From Chiloscyllium plagiosum (lineage: Eukaryota), in NCBI RefSeq assembly GCF_004010195.1, contig NC_057758.1, forward strand, positions 3,251,881-3,315,880: 64,000 bases of DNA, in the 5' to 3' direction. This document shows positions 13,601 through 27,230 of the stretch, piece by piece; position 1 is the first letter of the stretch, and every line of letters starts with the position of its first letter. Position numbers and translations under genes: made by a program. Under the pieces are notes generated by a model, which saw only the letters and a list, made by a program, of their open reading frames with translations, was not told the DNA's origin and made no database searches.

Positions 13601-13770
13601 GATGCCCTGTCTGCAACAGTAATAGACTCGCCAACTTTAAGAGCATTTCAATGATCGTTAGATAAACATATTGATCATGGCGGAATAGTTAGATGGGCTT
13701 GAGATTGGTTTCACAGGTCGGCGTAACACCAAGACCTGAAGAATCTGCACTGAGTGGTTCTATGTCTGAA
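10620..13770 (+). mobile_element. Long degraded CR1 LINE (ORF1 esterase, APE, RT, 3'UTR)
   Basis: Contains ISGLLPV..NTW, TESVWVEV..VVMVDFNFPNI, VPENWKLANVVPLFKK, DFSKAFDKV and EMRRLRRDLI. Confidence 0.9.
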
Positions 13771-13863
13771 AAATTAGGAAAGGCCTCAACAGAGTGTTTT
13801 GCTTCAGTGCTCACTAAGCAGAGGGATTTCGTGATAGTAAGATCACCGTGGACCAGTTTGGTA

Positions 13864-14930
13864 CAAAGAACAAAGAAAATTACAGTACAGGAACAGTTCC
13901 TTCAGCCCTCCAAGGCTACGCTGATACAGATTCTCTGTATAAACCTGTTGCCTATTTTGTAAGGCTCTGCATCTCTCCGCTCCTTGCCCATTCATGTATC
14001 TGTCGAGACACATCTTAAATTTCGCTAGCGTGGCCACCTATACCATCTCTATTGACAATGCATTATAGATTCCCTCCACCCTCTGCATAAAAAACGTTCA
14101 ACGCATATCACCCTTGAACTTTTCCTCTCACACCTTGAACTCGAGAACCTTATTAAGTGAGCCCTCCACGGTGGCAAAAAAAAAATTCGTTCTGTCTACC
14201 CTGTCTATACCTGCCATGATTCTATAGACCAGAGTCAGGTCCCCAAAACCTGTCTTTCTCATGAAAATAATTCTAATCTACTCCACCTCTCTTCATGGAT
14301 AGCACCCTCCATATCACGCAAATCCTGGTAAACCTCCTCTCCCCGCTCTCCAAAGCATCCATATTATTTTGGTAATGTGGTGACCAGAACTCGACGCCTT
14401 ATTCCAAATGTGGCCGGACTAAAATCCTGTGCAACTGTAACATGACCTGTCAACTCTTGTACTCAATAGGCCGTCTGTTGAAGGAAAACATGTCGTATGC
14501 TTTCTTGACCACTCTATCAACCTGAGTTGCCACCTTAAGGGTACAATGGGCACGAGCACGCAGATCTCTCGATATGTCAACTTTCCCTCGGGTTTTTCTA
14601 TTTATAGCCCGCTCTTGAATTGGATCTTATAAAGTGCATCACCTCGCATTTGCCTGGATTGAACCCTGTCTGCCATGTTCCTGCCGAAATCTCCCATCTA
14701 TCTATATTCTGCTGCATTCTCTAACAGTCTCCTTCACTATATGCTGATCCAATAATCTTAGTGTCATCTGCAAACTTGCTAATCAGATCAGCTATACATT
14801 CCTCTGGATCATTTATGTCTCTCACAAACAACAAAGGTCCCGAAACGATCCCTTGCAACAGCACTAGTCACAGTTCTTCATTTTGATAAATTCCCTTCCA
14901 CTACTACTCTTTGTCTCCTTCTGCCAAGCT
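13864..14930 (-). mobile_element. CR1 3' part with (caaagaa)n tail
   Basis: Tail at 13864. The plus-strand gtgtcatctgcaaacttgct encodes SKFADDT on minus. Confidence 0.85.
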
Positions 14931-14934
14931 AGGC

Positions 14935-16302
14935 TTGAAGGCTTGACAGATTGATATTAAAACATTTAATGTCCTGTGTATTCTGGAAAGCATCAAGATA
15001 GATAAATCTCCAGAGCTGGACCAGGTATATCCAAGGTTACTGTGAGAAACGAGGAAGGAGACTGCTGCGCGACTGGTGATAACCTTGCATGCTCACTCTC
15101 TACGAGAGTAGAACCGGATGATTAGAGGGAGGCGAATTAGTTCCTGTGTTCAAGAAATGGAATAGGAAAATCCCTGCGAATTATAGACCAGGCAGTCTTA
15201 TGTCTGTGTTAATCACGTGCAGTGACTGTCTGGATACAGAACTGGCTGGCCAAAAGAAGACAGCGAATGGTAATAGATGGTACATATTCCGCTTGGAGGT
15301 TAGTGACCAGTGGTGACTATGATAGATCGATTGTAGGGCCTCTGCTCGTTATCGTTTTTATAAATGACTTGGATGAGGAAGTGGATGGGGGTGTTAGTAA
15401 GTTTGCCGATGATGCAAACGTTGGTGGTGTTGTGGATAATGTTGAAGGCTGTTCCAGCCGACAGCGAGACACTGACAAAATGCAACGCTGGGCTGAGAAG
15501 TGGCAGATGGAGGTCAAAGGAAGGAACGTGAAGTGACTTATTTTGGAACATCGAACTTGAATGCTGAATACAGGTAAAAAGACAGAATTTTTTGGCAGTG
15601 TGGAGGAACAGCGGGATATTGGGGTCCACGGACACAAGTTGCTGCACAATTTGATAGGGTTCTTAAGAAGTCTTATGGTATTTTGGCTTTCATTAAAAGG
15701 GGTTTGACATTCAGATCCACGAGGTTTTGCTGCAGCTCCATAAAAGCCTGGTTAAACCACACTTAGAATATTGTGTTCAGTTCTGGTTACCTCACCATTG
15801 GAAGGATGTACATGCTTCAAGCAGATGCAGAGGAGATTTACCAGGATGCTGCCTGGATTGGAGGGCTTGGCGTATGAAGGGAGATCGAGTGATCTGCAGC
15901 TTTTCACTGTGGAGAGAAGAAGGAAGAGAAGTGAAATGATAGAAGTGTGCAATGTAATGAGAAGCATACTTAGAGTGGAAAGCCAGAGACTTCTCAGGAG
16001 AACAGAAATGGCGTCACGAGGGGTCATGTTTCGAAGGTGATTAGAGGAAGGTATCAGGGAGATTTCAGATGTTGGTTCTTTAAGCGGAGAGTTTCTGGTG
16101 GGTGGAATGCATTGCCAGCCATGGTAATAGAGTCAAAGACATTAGGGACATTTAAGCGACTGCTGGGCAAGCACATTGATGGAAGTAAATTGAGGGGTGT
16201 GTAGTTTCGTTTGATCTTAAATTAAGGTAAACGTCGGCCCAATATCGTGGGCCAAAGAGCCTGTACTGTGCTGTGCTGTTCTATGTTATACGTTCTGTGT
16301 TC
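14935..16302 (+). mobile_element. CR1 RT and 3'UTR, internally deleted
   Basis: Contains WIQNWL..RRQR, FINDLDEEV..SKFADD and [12 protein letters not shown], with a gttctatg tail. Confidence 0.9.
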
Positions 16303-16319
16303 TTTACCATCATTTCCTT

Positions 16320-17110
16320 CAACAAAACACAAAAAAGTTTTACATTCAGTGATCTTTCTCCTCATTATGTCATTACCACGGAAGAGTCCAAGCAGAAAAG
16401 GCCTATGCATCCAGGAAAACTACGCAGAAGCATTATACCATTTTCCAATTACATTGTTTAGCTTCTGTGTGGTAAGAATCCCTCTATTCCCTGCTGCTCA
16501 TATATCTATCAATATACCTCTGAAACTTTGCGTTTGTATCTGCCTCGACATCAGTCGAAGTAAAACAAAAAGCCTCTCAGGTATCGTTTAAACTTACCAC
16601 TTTTTTTCCGTAAACCTGTGCCAGCTAGTAACTGACGTTGCTAACCTGTGGGTTTAGGAAAATCTCTGATTATTTCATAGATTAGATTACTTTACAGATT
16701 ACTTTACAGATTACTTTACAGTGTGGAAACAGGCCCTGACTATCCATTCCCTTCATGTAACTAATAATTATGTTGTCTTCTTTCATGTTGCAAGTCATCG
16801 TTCGACATTCAAGAGAAACAAGTCAAGGTTGCCCAATCTTCCTTCATTATGAATACCTGCAGACCAGATAACATCCTGGCAAAATATTTCTGTACTCTTT
16901 CCAAGGCGTCTTCGAAATATCGCCAAACTAATATTATATGCAGTTCCAACATGACTTGCTAATTATATACTCAATGCTTGGACTGATTAAGTAATGATGC
17001 CGCATACCATCTTGTCTACCTTATCAATTTGTGCTGCCAAATTCAAAGAACTGTGGACCTGCCCACCTCGATCCTTTTGCATTTAATAAGGATTCTGCTG
17101 TACAGTTTAT
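16320..17110 (-). mobile_element. Highly degraded CR1 3' end with an embedded HE1 tail and (agattactttac)x3 repeat at ~16680-16735
   Basis: Resembles CR1 3'UTR. A short tandem repeat is followed by agtgtggaaacaggccc. Confidence 0.6.
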
Positions 17111-17499
17111 TTACCAGTCTTCGCCTTTTTCTCCTCGTATTTTAACTTCATTTAATTTCACCCAATCCAGTAAAGTTTAGGTCAATATGCACAGGGTATT
17201 ACCTTATACATATAGCAACACAAATAAAATTGTCAAAAAGAAGTTCAGATGACGAACAGGAAAAAAAATGCACAGCGTCAAGGCGTGCAATGGGGAGGAG
17301 AAAGTGAGGACTGCAGATACCGCAGATCAAGATTTGCAACCGCATACAAGTTTTCTAATGCACAAATCCACCTATTAGAGTCAAACGACTGAGCTTGGCA
17401 GGGCAGAGCGAGGAGAACGGCAGAATCAAGCATTCTTCTTACTTGTTGCTCGTCGCTCAAGTGCGGGCTTAGTTGAAGAGTGGGATTTACCAAGAAGCG

Positions 17500-18350
17500 T
17501 GAGCAGCAACGAAATCAGGGCAACATAAAATTTGGACTCCTGAGTCTGGCAATTTTCAAAAGGAAGATATCGGATGCAGTTGAGCTGAATTATCCTACTG
17601 TCAGATGTGGGAGATTAGGGAGCAATCGAGTAGCCCTTGACTACTATGACTGCTGGAGGCGTGTCTGTTTGCAGATTCTCTCAAGCAGGTTGAACCAGCA
17701 GATGGACATGCTGAGGGGCAGACGGGAGGCAGACAACGTGACAGATAAAAGTGTTCACACCACAAGTTGAATATTGTAAAATATTAATTCATTTGCGGGA
17801 TTTAGGCGTCCCTGGCTGGCCAGCACTTATTGCACGCAGACACGGGGAGAACGTGCAAACTCCACACAGTCAGTCACCTGAGGCGAGAATTGAACCCGGG
17901 TCTCTGGCGCTGTGAGGCAGCAGTGCTAACCACTGTGCCACCGTGCCGCCCTTCAACAATGCCATGAGGCAGCGAATTCCTGGGTGACTGTCAGAAGAAG
18001 TGGGCAGGGAATATAGGTATCATCACCCTCTCAGTCAGGTACAGCGTTTTGGATACCACTAGGTAAAGGTTGCCTCCCAGGGGAAAATAGCAGCAATAGC
18101 CAGTTTTGGGGAACTACAACTGGCTCTGTAGTAAAGTAGACTGAGAACGTATAAGCAAGCAATTGTTACAGGTGAATGACGTGGGCATAAACAGGCATGT
18201 GTGTGGCCTTGAGTGAGACTTCAGAATGATGCATTGTTTCTCTGGTGCCCGTTTGAAAAATTCCCATAACGCTTTCTGCAATTTCTCAAAAGGGATCTTG
18301 AGCAACCAATGGCCATTGCACACATTGGTCCAAATGACGTAGGTAGATAA
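17500..18350 (+). mobile_element. CR1 ORF1 remnants, with an HE1 5' fragment on minus at 17834-17951
   Basis: A C..C..LQIL..RL..L zinc-knuckle/leucine-like segment and a MMHCFSGAR esterase-like segment. The HE1 head appears as reverse complement. Confidence 0.65.
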
Positions 18351-18351
18351 T

Positions 18352-19440
18352 CATCATTGGGGATGACGAGCTTCCAGTCTCGTGAGTCCATACGTGGCTG
18401 CGCAGACTTTCACAGTTCTGTTACAATTGGGATCGTCACGCTGTAGCATTGGTGTGGCAGTGTGTTCTTAACACTATTTTCGCTTGGCTTTCACTCCTAC
18501 CCGTAGTCACTGCCGAAGTGTATGCTGCCTATTTGGATGCACTTCTTCTACTTTGTACAGTTTTGGACCAAGCGTTCTTAAGTATCTTTGGGAATACCAC
18601 ACTTCACCAGTGAGGCTTTGAGAGTATGGCTGAAGTTCTGTCTGTTCCTCTGTTCATCTGTGGCACTGCTGCCGTTTTGAAACTGAAAGTATATATCAGC
18701 TTGAGGAGTCCAGTGTCGGTCATGTGGATAAGGTTTCCAGACCATTGTAGCTGATCAAGAGTGGTCAGTGCCTGGATGCTGGCGAAAATGGCCTAGTCGA
18801 GGACACAGGTATTCTTATGGTGTTCTTCCCAGCGTATTCACAGGATCTTGTGCAGGCAGCATTAGTAGTACTGCTCCAGTACCTCCTAATGTCTGCTGTA
18901 AGTAGTCCACATCTAAGCACCATATGAAACGGTGGAAACAACAATAGCTCTGCAAATGATGATCTTGCTGCCGGATCTGATGTTGGTGTTCAGCAATGAT
19001 GTAACCTTGACTGGCACTGTTCAAAGCAAGAAATTAGTCGGTGTTGGAGCTATTTGAAGTTACAACCACTTTCATGTCATCAGGAACAGGCGAGGAATGG
19101 TGACAATCTTCCTGGTGCAACCAACATGGTGAAAGATCATGTTTCCCGTTTGACAGTATCAAAGGCCTTTGTAAAATTAAGTAGATTCATATCTATGCAG
19201 ATCTCGTGTGGCTGGATGGTGGTGCAATTCATGTCCGTGTCCATGTCACGTCGCCAGCTAATGCCATCAAGCTGCAATTGCAGATAATCCTTGCGGTCCA
19301 GGGGATGCCTAAATGAAGGTTGACCACTACCAATAGCTCAGAAGTTCCACGTCATGAAAGAGATCCAGCACCACTAGTACAGACTTCAATCGCCTGAGGA
19401 AACGACTGTTGGAGGACACCAACATTAGATCCGGCAGCAA
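18352..19440 (-). mobile_element. RTE-clade LINE fragments
   Basis: A minus-strand frame gives IKSGSKIIIYRAIVVSTVSYGA*MWTTYSRH, an RTE RT C-terminus. A GL.SW end is at ~18370. Confidence 0.7.
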
Positions 19441-19449
19441 GATCATCAT

Positions 19450-20290
19450 TTGCAGAGCTCTGGCTACATTTCAGAGACTAACAAATAAGGTCACTGCCGG
19501 ATTACCCAACTGTGTTGTGCACGTGAATGACCTGGTAATTTTTAGACACTCATGGGATGAATTCTTATTCCCACTCATTGTGCCGAATTGCAGTAGTGTA
19601 GCTGCTCCACTCACTAAATTACTAACGAAAGGCAAGAAGTTTCAGTGGACAGCGGATTGTCAGAAGACCTTTGACAGCCTGAAAGCTGCGTTAACAGCTG
19701 CCATGGTATTAGCCGCATCTGATTAGACAAAACGTCCCAAGGTATCTATTGCTGCCAGCGATGTGGATGTGAGTGCTCTGCTGCCGCAGGAAGACGATGA
19801 GAAGATAAAACGACAGACTAGGTATTTCTCCGGGAAATTTAATGCTCATCAGCAACATATTCGATGGTTGACCAAGAGACTTTAAGCTTGCTAATGGCAC
19901 TACAACATTGTTTATATTACCAGCAATGCACCTGAGACATTCGTACACACTGAGAAAACACATTGAAATTTGTGGAGAAATTTAAGGACAAATATGACAG
20001 AGTGTTTAGATGGAGCTTGTCATTGCAGCCATTCAGTTTCAATATTGTGCATGTGGCAGGTCGAGAAAAACTTGATAATCGATGCATTGTCAAGACTCGA
20101 GTGAGAATCAGAGACATTCAGTAGTGGGAGTATCACAGACTGAATCTGAATGTATTTGTGCATGTTTGCATGTGTATAGCCAGTGCAATGCATATGTGCA
20201 TTTTAGAGTACTAACCAATTTTGAAGGGCTTTCAAAAATGAAGCCAGCTTTGTATATGGGTGGTTTATTTTTTGACCTGTAATGCACAAT
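19450..20290 (+). mobile_element. Ty3/Gypsy RT-RNaseH fragment
   Basis: Contains ATFQRLTNKV..CVVHVNDLVIF, VPNCSSVAAPLTKLL.KGKKFQWTADCQ and FRWSL.LQPF..IVHVAGREK. Confidence 0.85.
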
Positions 20291-20669
20291 GTACCAGGCG
20301 GATACCTTCAGTATTAGAAACATCTATGAATATAATTGCGTAAAGTACACATGAAAGTACACACGTATATGCATGCATAACCACAAAATACAATAATAAT
20401 ACACGCAAGAGCAATCACAAGCTCATATTTAATAATGACTGCGGTCATTTGGAAATGGTAAAACGTTTTCGCCCGAAAGCATTTTTTTCTTCTCGGTAAC
20501 TCTCGACTTCTCCTGACAATGTTCAACAATTTCCATAGCATTCCATAGGCGCAATTGCTGGCCCAATTCTTTCCGTGCATTGTGAAAACAGGAACAACCT
20601 ACTTGGCAGTCGATCACCATTCATGTAATAGTTAGCATACGTGTTCCACCTTGGATATGCATTCTTGAA

Positions 20670-22085
20670 CACAGGTGAGGCCCCGGAGGACTGGAGAATT
20701 GATAATATTGCCCTTTTGTTTGAGAAGGGTAGCAGGGATTATCCAGGTAATCGGTAATCCTGACCTACATTGTAAGGAAGCTACTGGGGAAGATACTGAG
20801 GGATAGGAATGGTGTAAGAAGAGGTTATGAGTGTTTTGCATCATGGTTGTTTTACAGGAAATGTCTTACAAACTTAATCGAATTATTTCAGGAAATGAAA
20901 AAGTTGATTCATGATGGAAGGGCTGCAGATGGGGGACTTCATTAAGGCATTTCATAAGGTTCCCCATGGTAGGCTAATGAAGAAAACGAAGTTGCATTGA
21001 GTCCAGGGTGTACGAGCTAAATTGATCGAGAACTGGCTGGGCAAGAGGAGACAGAGAGTATTAGTGGAAGGGAGTTTCTCACAGTGGAGATCAGTGACCG
21101 TGTTGGGACCACTGCTGTTTGTGATATACATAAATAATCTGGAGGAAGGCGAAGGTCATCTGATTAGCAAGTTTGAAGGTGATAATGTCGTATGATTAGC
21201 AAGTTTGATTGGTAAAGTAGCAGATAGTGTAGGGGACTGCCAGAGGTTGCAGCAGAATATAGATAGATTGGAAAGTTGGGCAGAGAAATGGCAGATGGAG
21301 TTCAATTTGGGTGAATGCGAGGTGATACGTTTTGGAAGATCCATTTCAAGAGTGAAATATACAGTCAATGGAAAAGTCCTGTGGAAAATTGATGTACAGA
21401 GAGATCTGGGTGCTCCGGACCATTGCACGCAGAGTGTGGCAACAAAATTCGATAGTGTTCAAGAAGGCATTCAGTATGCTTTCCTTCATCGGACGCGATA
21501 TTGAACAAAGCAGTTGGCAGGTAATGTTACAGTTGTATAAGACTTTTATCCGGCCACATTTGGAATACTCTGTGCAATTCGGGTTGCCACGTTACCAAAA
21601 GGTTGTGGATGCTTGGTAGAGGGTTCAAAGGAGGTTCACCAGGATGTTGCTTAATACTAGATTGCTCGCTCTAAAGAGAGGTTGACAGGGACCTGGTTGA
21701 AGTCAATAAAATCATGAGAGGTAGAGACAGGGTGGGGAACAAGAAGCTTTTTTTTCCCAGAGTTGGGGCCTCAATTACTAGGGCTTACGAGTTTAAGGTG
21801 AGAGGGAAAAGCTTAAGGGAGATATGCGTGGAAAGTTCTGTACACAAAGGGTGGAGGGTGTCTGAATGCAGCGCCAGCGGAGGTGGGGAAGACAGACACG
21901 ACAGCGGGATTAAAGATGTATCGAAAAAGATACAGGAATGGGCAGGGAGCAGAGGGATGCAAATTATTCGAAAATAGGTGGCAGGTTTTGAAAGAGGATC
22001 TGGATTGGCAAGTTCTTGGAGGGCCGAAGGGTCTGTTTCTGTGCTGAAATTTTCTTTGTTCTTTGTTCTTTGTTCTTTGTTCTTA
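20670..22085 (+). mobile_element. CR1 RT and 3'UTR with (ttctttg)n tail
   Basis: Contains WAEKWQMEFNLGECEVIRFG and IRPHLEYSVQF. Tail at 22052-22084. Confidence 0.9.
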
Positions 22086-22171
22086 CCACTTTTGAAATGG
22101 AAACAAGAGAAAGCAGGAGTTAGAATAGCTTATGTATCGGAAACGTTACACGATTAGATACATCAAATTTG

Positions 22172-22482
22172 TGGGCGGCACGGTGGCACAGTGTTAGCAC
22201 TGTGCTCCCTGCCCATTCCTGTATCTTTTTAGATACATCTTTAATCCCGCTGTCGCCCCGTGTCTGCGTGGGTTTCCTCCGGGTGCTCCGGTTTCCTCCC
22301 ACTGTCCAAAGATGTGCAGGTTAGGTGAATTGACCATGCTAAATTACCCCTAGTGTTAGGTAAGGGGCAAATGTAGGGGTATGGGTGGGTTGCGCTTCGG
22401 CGGGGCGGTGTGGACTTGTTGGGCCGAAGGGCCTGTTTCCACACTAAGTAATCTAATGTAATCTAAAGTAATCTAATCTAAT
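22172..22482 (+). mobile_element. HE1-type SINE with its internal segment replaced by an inverted CR1 3'UTR patch
   Basis: Head gggcggcacggtggcacagtg and tail (taatc)n. 22201-22255 is the reverse complement of ~21899-21953. Confidence 0.9.
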
Positions 22483-22665
22483 CAACCTAAATAAGGACTA
22501 TTCCAATCCAGTATAAGCGCACCACTTGGCAAAAAGGAAAATTGAAATGCAGATTCTTACAGGCAGGAGGGACCATGCAGAGAGATTTATTGTAAGATAC
22601 AGCATGGGAACGTGCATCACTTGCTTCGAAGGCCACCTTGAACGGAATTGCAAAATTAAGGGTGA

Positions 22666-25600
22666 TTAATATCGGGCATTAGTTAACACAGCTTTCAGGA
22701 TGTCAAATGCCTTCGGACAGATTGCTGTCCCCTGAAACTTCCTGCATTTCTTCAGTAATTCCGTGATTGAATTTGTCACACGACTAATATTTGGTACAAA
22801 GTTCAGATAAACCCCACTCAATCCCAAATGTCGTAGTACTGCTATCTTTGTTGATGCTATGGGAAACTCTCGAATAACCTTTGTCTCAATATTCCATAGA
22901 GCTATCTTTCCAAGTCCAGTAACATAGCCCAGGAACGTAACTTGGGCTTTGGCGAATTCACCCTTTGCCATATCTATCACTAAGCCCACCTCCTGAAGTT
23001 GATCAAACAATTCCAACAAATTCTGAAAATGATCCTTCCATGCATGATTAGAAATCAGCAGGTCATCGATATGTACCACACAATTGGAAAATCCAGGAAT
23101 TACTTAATTGACTAATCATTCAAATGTGATTGGCACACTTTTCATACCAAACGGCATCAATTTAAATTTATACAGGCCACTTGGTGTTACGAAAACCAAA
23201 ATTGTCTTCTCTCTTTCAGATAAGGTTACCCGCCAGTATCGTCTGAGTAAGTCCAACTAACAAATATAAGTTCATTCTCCAACCTTCTGAATGCAGTCTT
23301 CCAAATGTGGAATCGGATATGCATCAGATTTTGTAATTATTAACTTTGCAATAGTCCACACATAACCATTGGGTACCAACTGGCTTTTCACACTATTACT
23401 GTAGGTGAGTTCGAGTCCCTGGAAGTCATTTTGATTTTGTTGCCTTGGACAACGTATTCAATCAATTTTTTTTTCAAATCTGTGACAGCCATACCTACAT
23501 CATGCATGATTAAATTACGAATTTCCTGTCTATTGCCACATATCTGTACGTGCATTAGTGATAACTCTTTCGGATCAATTCAATTTTCCTCTGCAAGGCA
23601 ACTTAATAATTTATCCCAATGTTTGATACCTTCCTTATTGGCCAGTTGAATTTGAGGAATGCCAAATTCAGAATCGTCTGAACTTGGTTCTGGACTATGC
23701 TGTATTCAGTAAAACATTCTCTTTTTCCGTTCCTTGCCTTTCAAATTAACTGTGGTGCATGTTCACATGACGCACACTGTCAGATTTCTTTCTGTCTGGA
23801 GTCCTTATCAATTAGTTCACCTCACCCAATCTCCTTTCGACTTGATAACGTCCACTCATCCTCGCTTTTTACTGTTCACCCAACACTGGAAGAAATACTA
23901 ACACTTTATCTCCATTAGCAAACTTGCGAGTTTTTGATTTCTTGTCTGCTTCCTGTTTCGTGACATACTGTGATAGTTGCAAATGTTGTCTAGCCGACTC
24001 CACTGCTCTAATTAACCAATCCCTAAAATTGGCACATAGTCGAAAATTGTCTCACAAATTTCTCCTTAATTAAGTTTAGTGGTCCTCTCACCTCATGCCC
24101 AAAACGAATTGAAATGGATTGAGTTTGGTCGATTCATTTGGTGCATGTGTATTGGCAAAAAGAAGAAACAGAATTCCTTTGTTCCAATCATATGGATAGT
24201 GTTAAGTACATACCTATAACGTCGTTATTTCATTTCTGATGCCACCTTTCTCCCTGCGGTTCTGCATATTACGATTAGATCTGGGTTGCTTCATTCCTAA
24301 ACTGTCCATAACTTCCCTGAATAATTGTGATGCAAATTCTGACGGTTTATCTGATTGGAACTCTGTAGGTAGTCAGTATCTCATGAAACATTTGAGCAAT
24401 TCTTCTATAATCCTTTTTGGTGTGATATTGTGCAATGGAATGGCCTCAGGAAATCGAGTGGACACACTTTATTGTTAAGATATACTAATTACCACTTTTT
24501 CTTGTACGTGAGGATGTTACACAAACAATTATAACCGTTGTTAAGTATGCGTCACAGGGTAGGACTGCGGGCTACCCTATTAAAAATGCTGGCTTTTTTA
24601 GTATTTTAGTTGGTATTTTAGTTTGAGTTTTCTTATGCCTAAATGACCTTCTACTGGTAATTCATGCGATAGCCACGGCACCTCCATTCTATAACCCACT
24701 GGTTATGCAACTTGAATTTCTGCCCATTATTCATATGCCTGACCATGTGATGGTTTCCATTTTCTCATCCAGACATCATTTTTAAGATAATGACATTCAG
24801 GGATACACTCAGTATCTTTTGTTGGTTTACGTTTTTTTTTATATAATTGATTCGAATTTCCACCCTTAGTCAGTTAAATTCTCTAAGCTAAAACTATGCA
24901 CTTTGTCCTACACCTGTTCATGTTTTCTCTCAACCATTTAATCGAACATGGTTTCTGACAATTCCATTTCAACACCTTTATCTGTATTCTTTGATTGCTC
25001 CTCTTTTTTTTTCAATTGTTGTCTTTGTGACCTTTTTATCACACAGTTAGGATAAATCCCAGAATATACTTCCTGCAACAACTTCTGTTGCCGTATTTTG
25101 CACTGGTGCTTCAACAACGGGAGACAGCGCTCCCTACCTGTGACCAAGCTATATCTTTACCAAGGACAAATTGTATTCCTGGTGTCGAGAATATTTCCAA
25201 TACGCCTGCCACCATTGCTCCACTTTTAATTGGACCTCTATCCTCACTATACATCTTGGAACACTTGTTGTCTCATCATTAATTCCACATACTGGCACGT
25301 TCTCTGGCAGCAATCCTTCTGAGTTGCACATCTCGGCATCTCGCAACATAGGAAAGATGTGGATGCTTTGAAGAGGGTTCAGAGTGGACTGGAGGGCTTA
25401 TCTTATGAAGAGAGGTTGACTGAGCTCGGACTTTTTTCATTGGAGAAAAGGAGGAGGAGAGGGGACCTAATTGAGGTATACAAGATAATGAGAGGCATAG
25501 ATACAATCGATAGCCAGAGACTATTTCCCAGGGCAGAAATGACTAACATGAGGGGTCACAGTTTTAAGCTGGTTGGAGGAAAGTATAGAGAGGATGGCAG

Positions 25601-26016
25601 AGGCGGGTTCTTTACACAGAGAGTTGTGAGAGCATGGAGTACGTTGCCAGCAGCAGTTGTGGAAGCAAGGTCAATAGGGACATTTAAGAGACTACTGGAC
25701 ATGCATATGGTCACAGAAATTTGAGGGTGCATACATGAGGATCAGTGGTCGGCATAACATCGTGGGCTGAAGGGCCTGTTCTGTGCTATACTGTTCTATG
25801 TTCTATGTTCTATGAAGGATTAACATGGTCCTATATCTCTTAATACTGTAACATCAATCGGCTGTTCCTGACTTACGTGAATAAACCTTACCGTCGCACA
25901 TAAATGGTTTTCGAGGATCTGACACTTCCTCCTTAACCAATGTCGACGCTTTTATTGCAGTGAAAACATCGAAGCATTTAAACTTCAATTTCCCCTTCAT
26001 GGGTTTCCATTTTACA
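22666..26016 (-). mobile_element. Gmr1-like Gypsy internal region, copy A (protease region, integrase, RT), degraded
   Basis: In transcription order: protease-like segment (~25150-25850), integrase TRFPEAIPLHNITPKRIIEELL (~24400), then RT LCVDYCK..PIPHLEDC, MPFGMK, VHIDDLL and VTFLG. Confidence 0.85.
25349..25813 (+). mobile_element. Young 5'-truncated CR1 inserted into Gypsy copy A
   Basis: ORF 25359-25724 reads LGLFSLEKRRRRGDLIEVYKIMRG, followed by a (gttctat)n tail. Confidence 0.95.
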
Positions 26017-26380
26017 TGGACCTGCTTGAGATGTATAGAGAGGGTGAAGAGCAAGAAGCTTTATTCCCCCAGAGTTGGGGCCTCAATTATTAGTGGTTAC
26101 AAGTTCAAGGTGAGAGGGAAAGTGTTAAGGGAGTTATGCGTGGAAGGGTCTTTACGCAGAGGGTAGAAGGTGCCTGAAACGCTGTGCCAGCGGAGGTGGT
26201 GAGACAGACATGACAGTGTGATTTAAGATGTATCTCGACACATATAGGAATGGGCAGAGAGCATGGGATACAGATGCTTTGAAAATAAGTCACAGCTTTA
26301 GATCGAGGATCTGGAATGTCACGGGCTTAGAACCTGTCCTGTGCTGACATTTTCTTTGTTCTTTGTTCTTTGTTCTTACC
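26017..26380 (+). mobile_element. CR1 3' end, duplicate of ~21690-22085
   Basis: Has the same KKL..PRVGASI..FKVRGK segment and (ttctttg)n tail. Confidence 0.85.
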
Positions 26381-26631
26381 ACTTTTGAAACAGAAAGAAA
26401 AGCAGAGTTTAGAATAACTTAAGTAAAGGAAAAGTTGCACGATTGGTGCATCAACCTAACTAAGGACTGTTCCAATCCAGTTATAGCCCATATACCCCTT
26501 GGCAAAAATGAAAATTGAAATCCAGATTCTTATAGGCAGGAGGGAGTAACATGCAAAGACATGTCTTGTAAGATTACAGCACCAGAACCTACATCACTTG
26601 CATCAGTAGCCACCTTGAACGGCATTGCAAA

Positions 26632-27230
26632 ATTGAATTGAATTGAATTGAATTGAATTTATTGTCACGTGCACCGAGTCACAATGAAAGTCTTTGTCTT
26701 GCGAACAACACAGGCAGTTCACACAGTTAAGTAGCATCTATAGTAAATAATAAGTAAACAGCGGCAAAAACAAAACCACAAGTACAGGCAAAGGTTAAGA
26801 GTTTGTGAGTCAATTCAGTATTCTAACAACAGACGTATAGAAACTGTTGTGAAATCGGCTTGTACATGTGTTCATGCTTCTACACCTTCTCCCCGACGGG
26901 AGCCGTTGTAGAAAAAAAAATACCAAGTTGGAATGGATCTTTAAGAATGTTGGCGGCCTTTCCTTGACAGCAAGCCTGGTAGGTGGATTCTATAGATGAG
27001 AGGTTGGCCTTTGTAATTGTCTGGGTTGAGTTCACCACTCTGTAACCGTCTCCGATCTTGAATGGTATGGTTGTCATGCCAGGTAGTGATACATCCAGAC
27101 AGAATGCTCTCGATGACGTACCTAAAAAGGTTGGCAAGGATATTCACCATCATGCCAAATTTCCTCAGCTGCCTGAGGAAGAAGAGACATTGTTGGGCCT
27201 TTGTAACCAGTGTGTCCACATGAAGAGTCC
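26632..27230 (-). mobile_element. Rex1/Babar-like LINE 3' end with (aattg)n tail
   Basis: Translates to VTKAQQCLFFLRQLRKFGM..YVIESILSGCITTW..QDRRRLQ. Microsatellite tail at 26632-26660. Confidence 0.8.
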
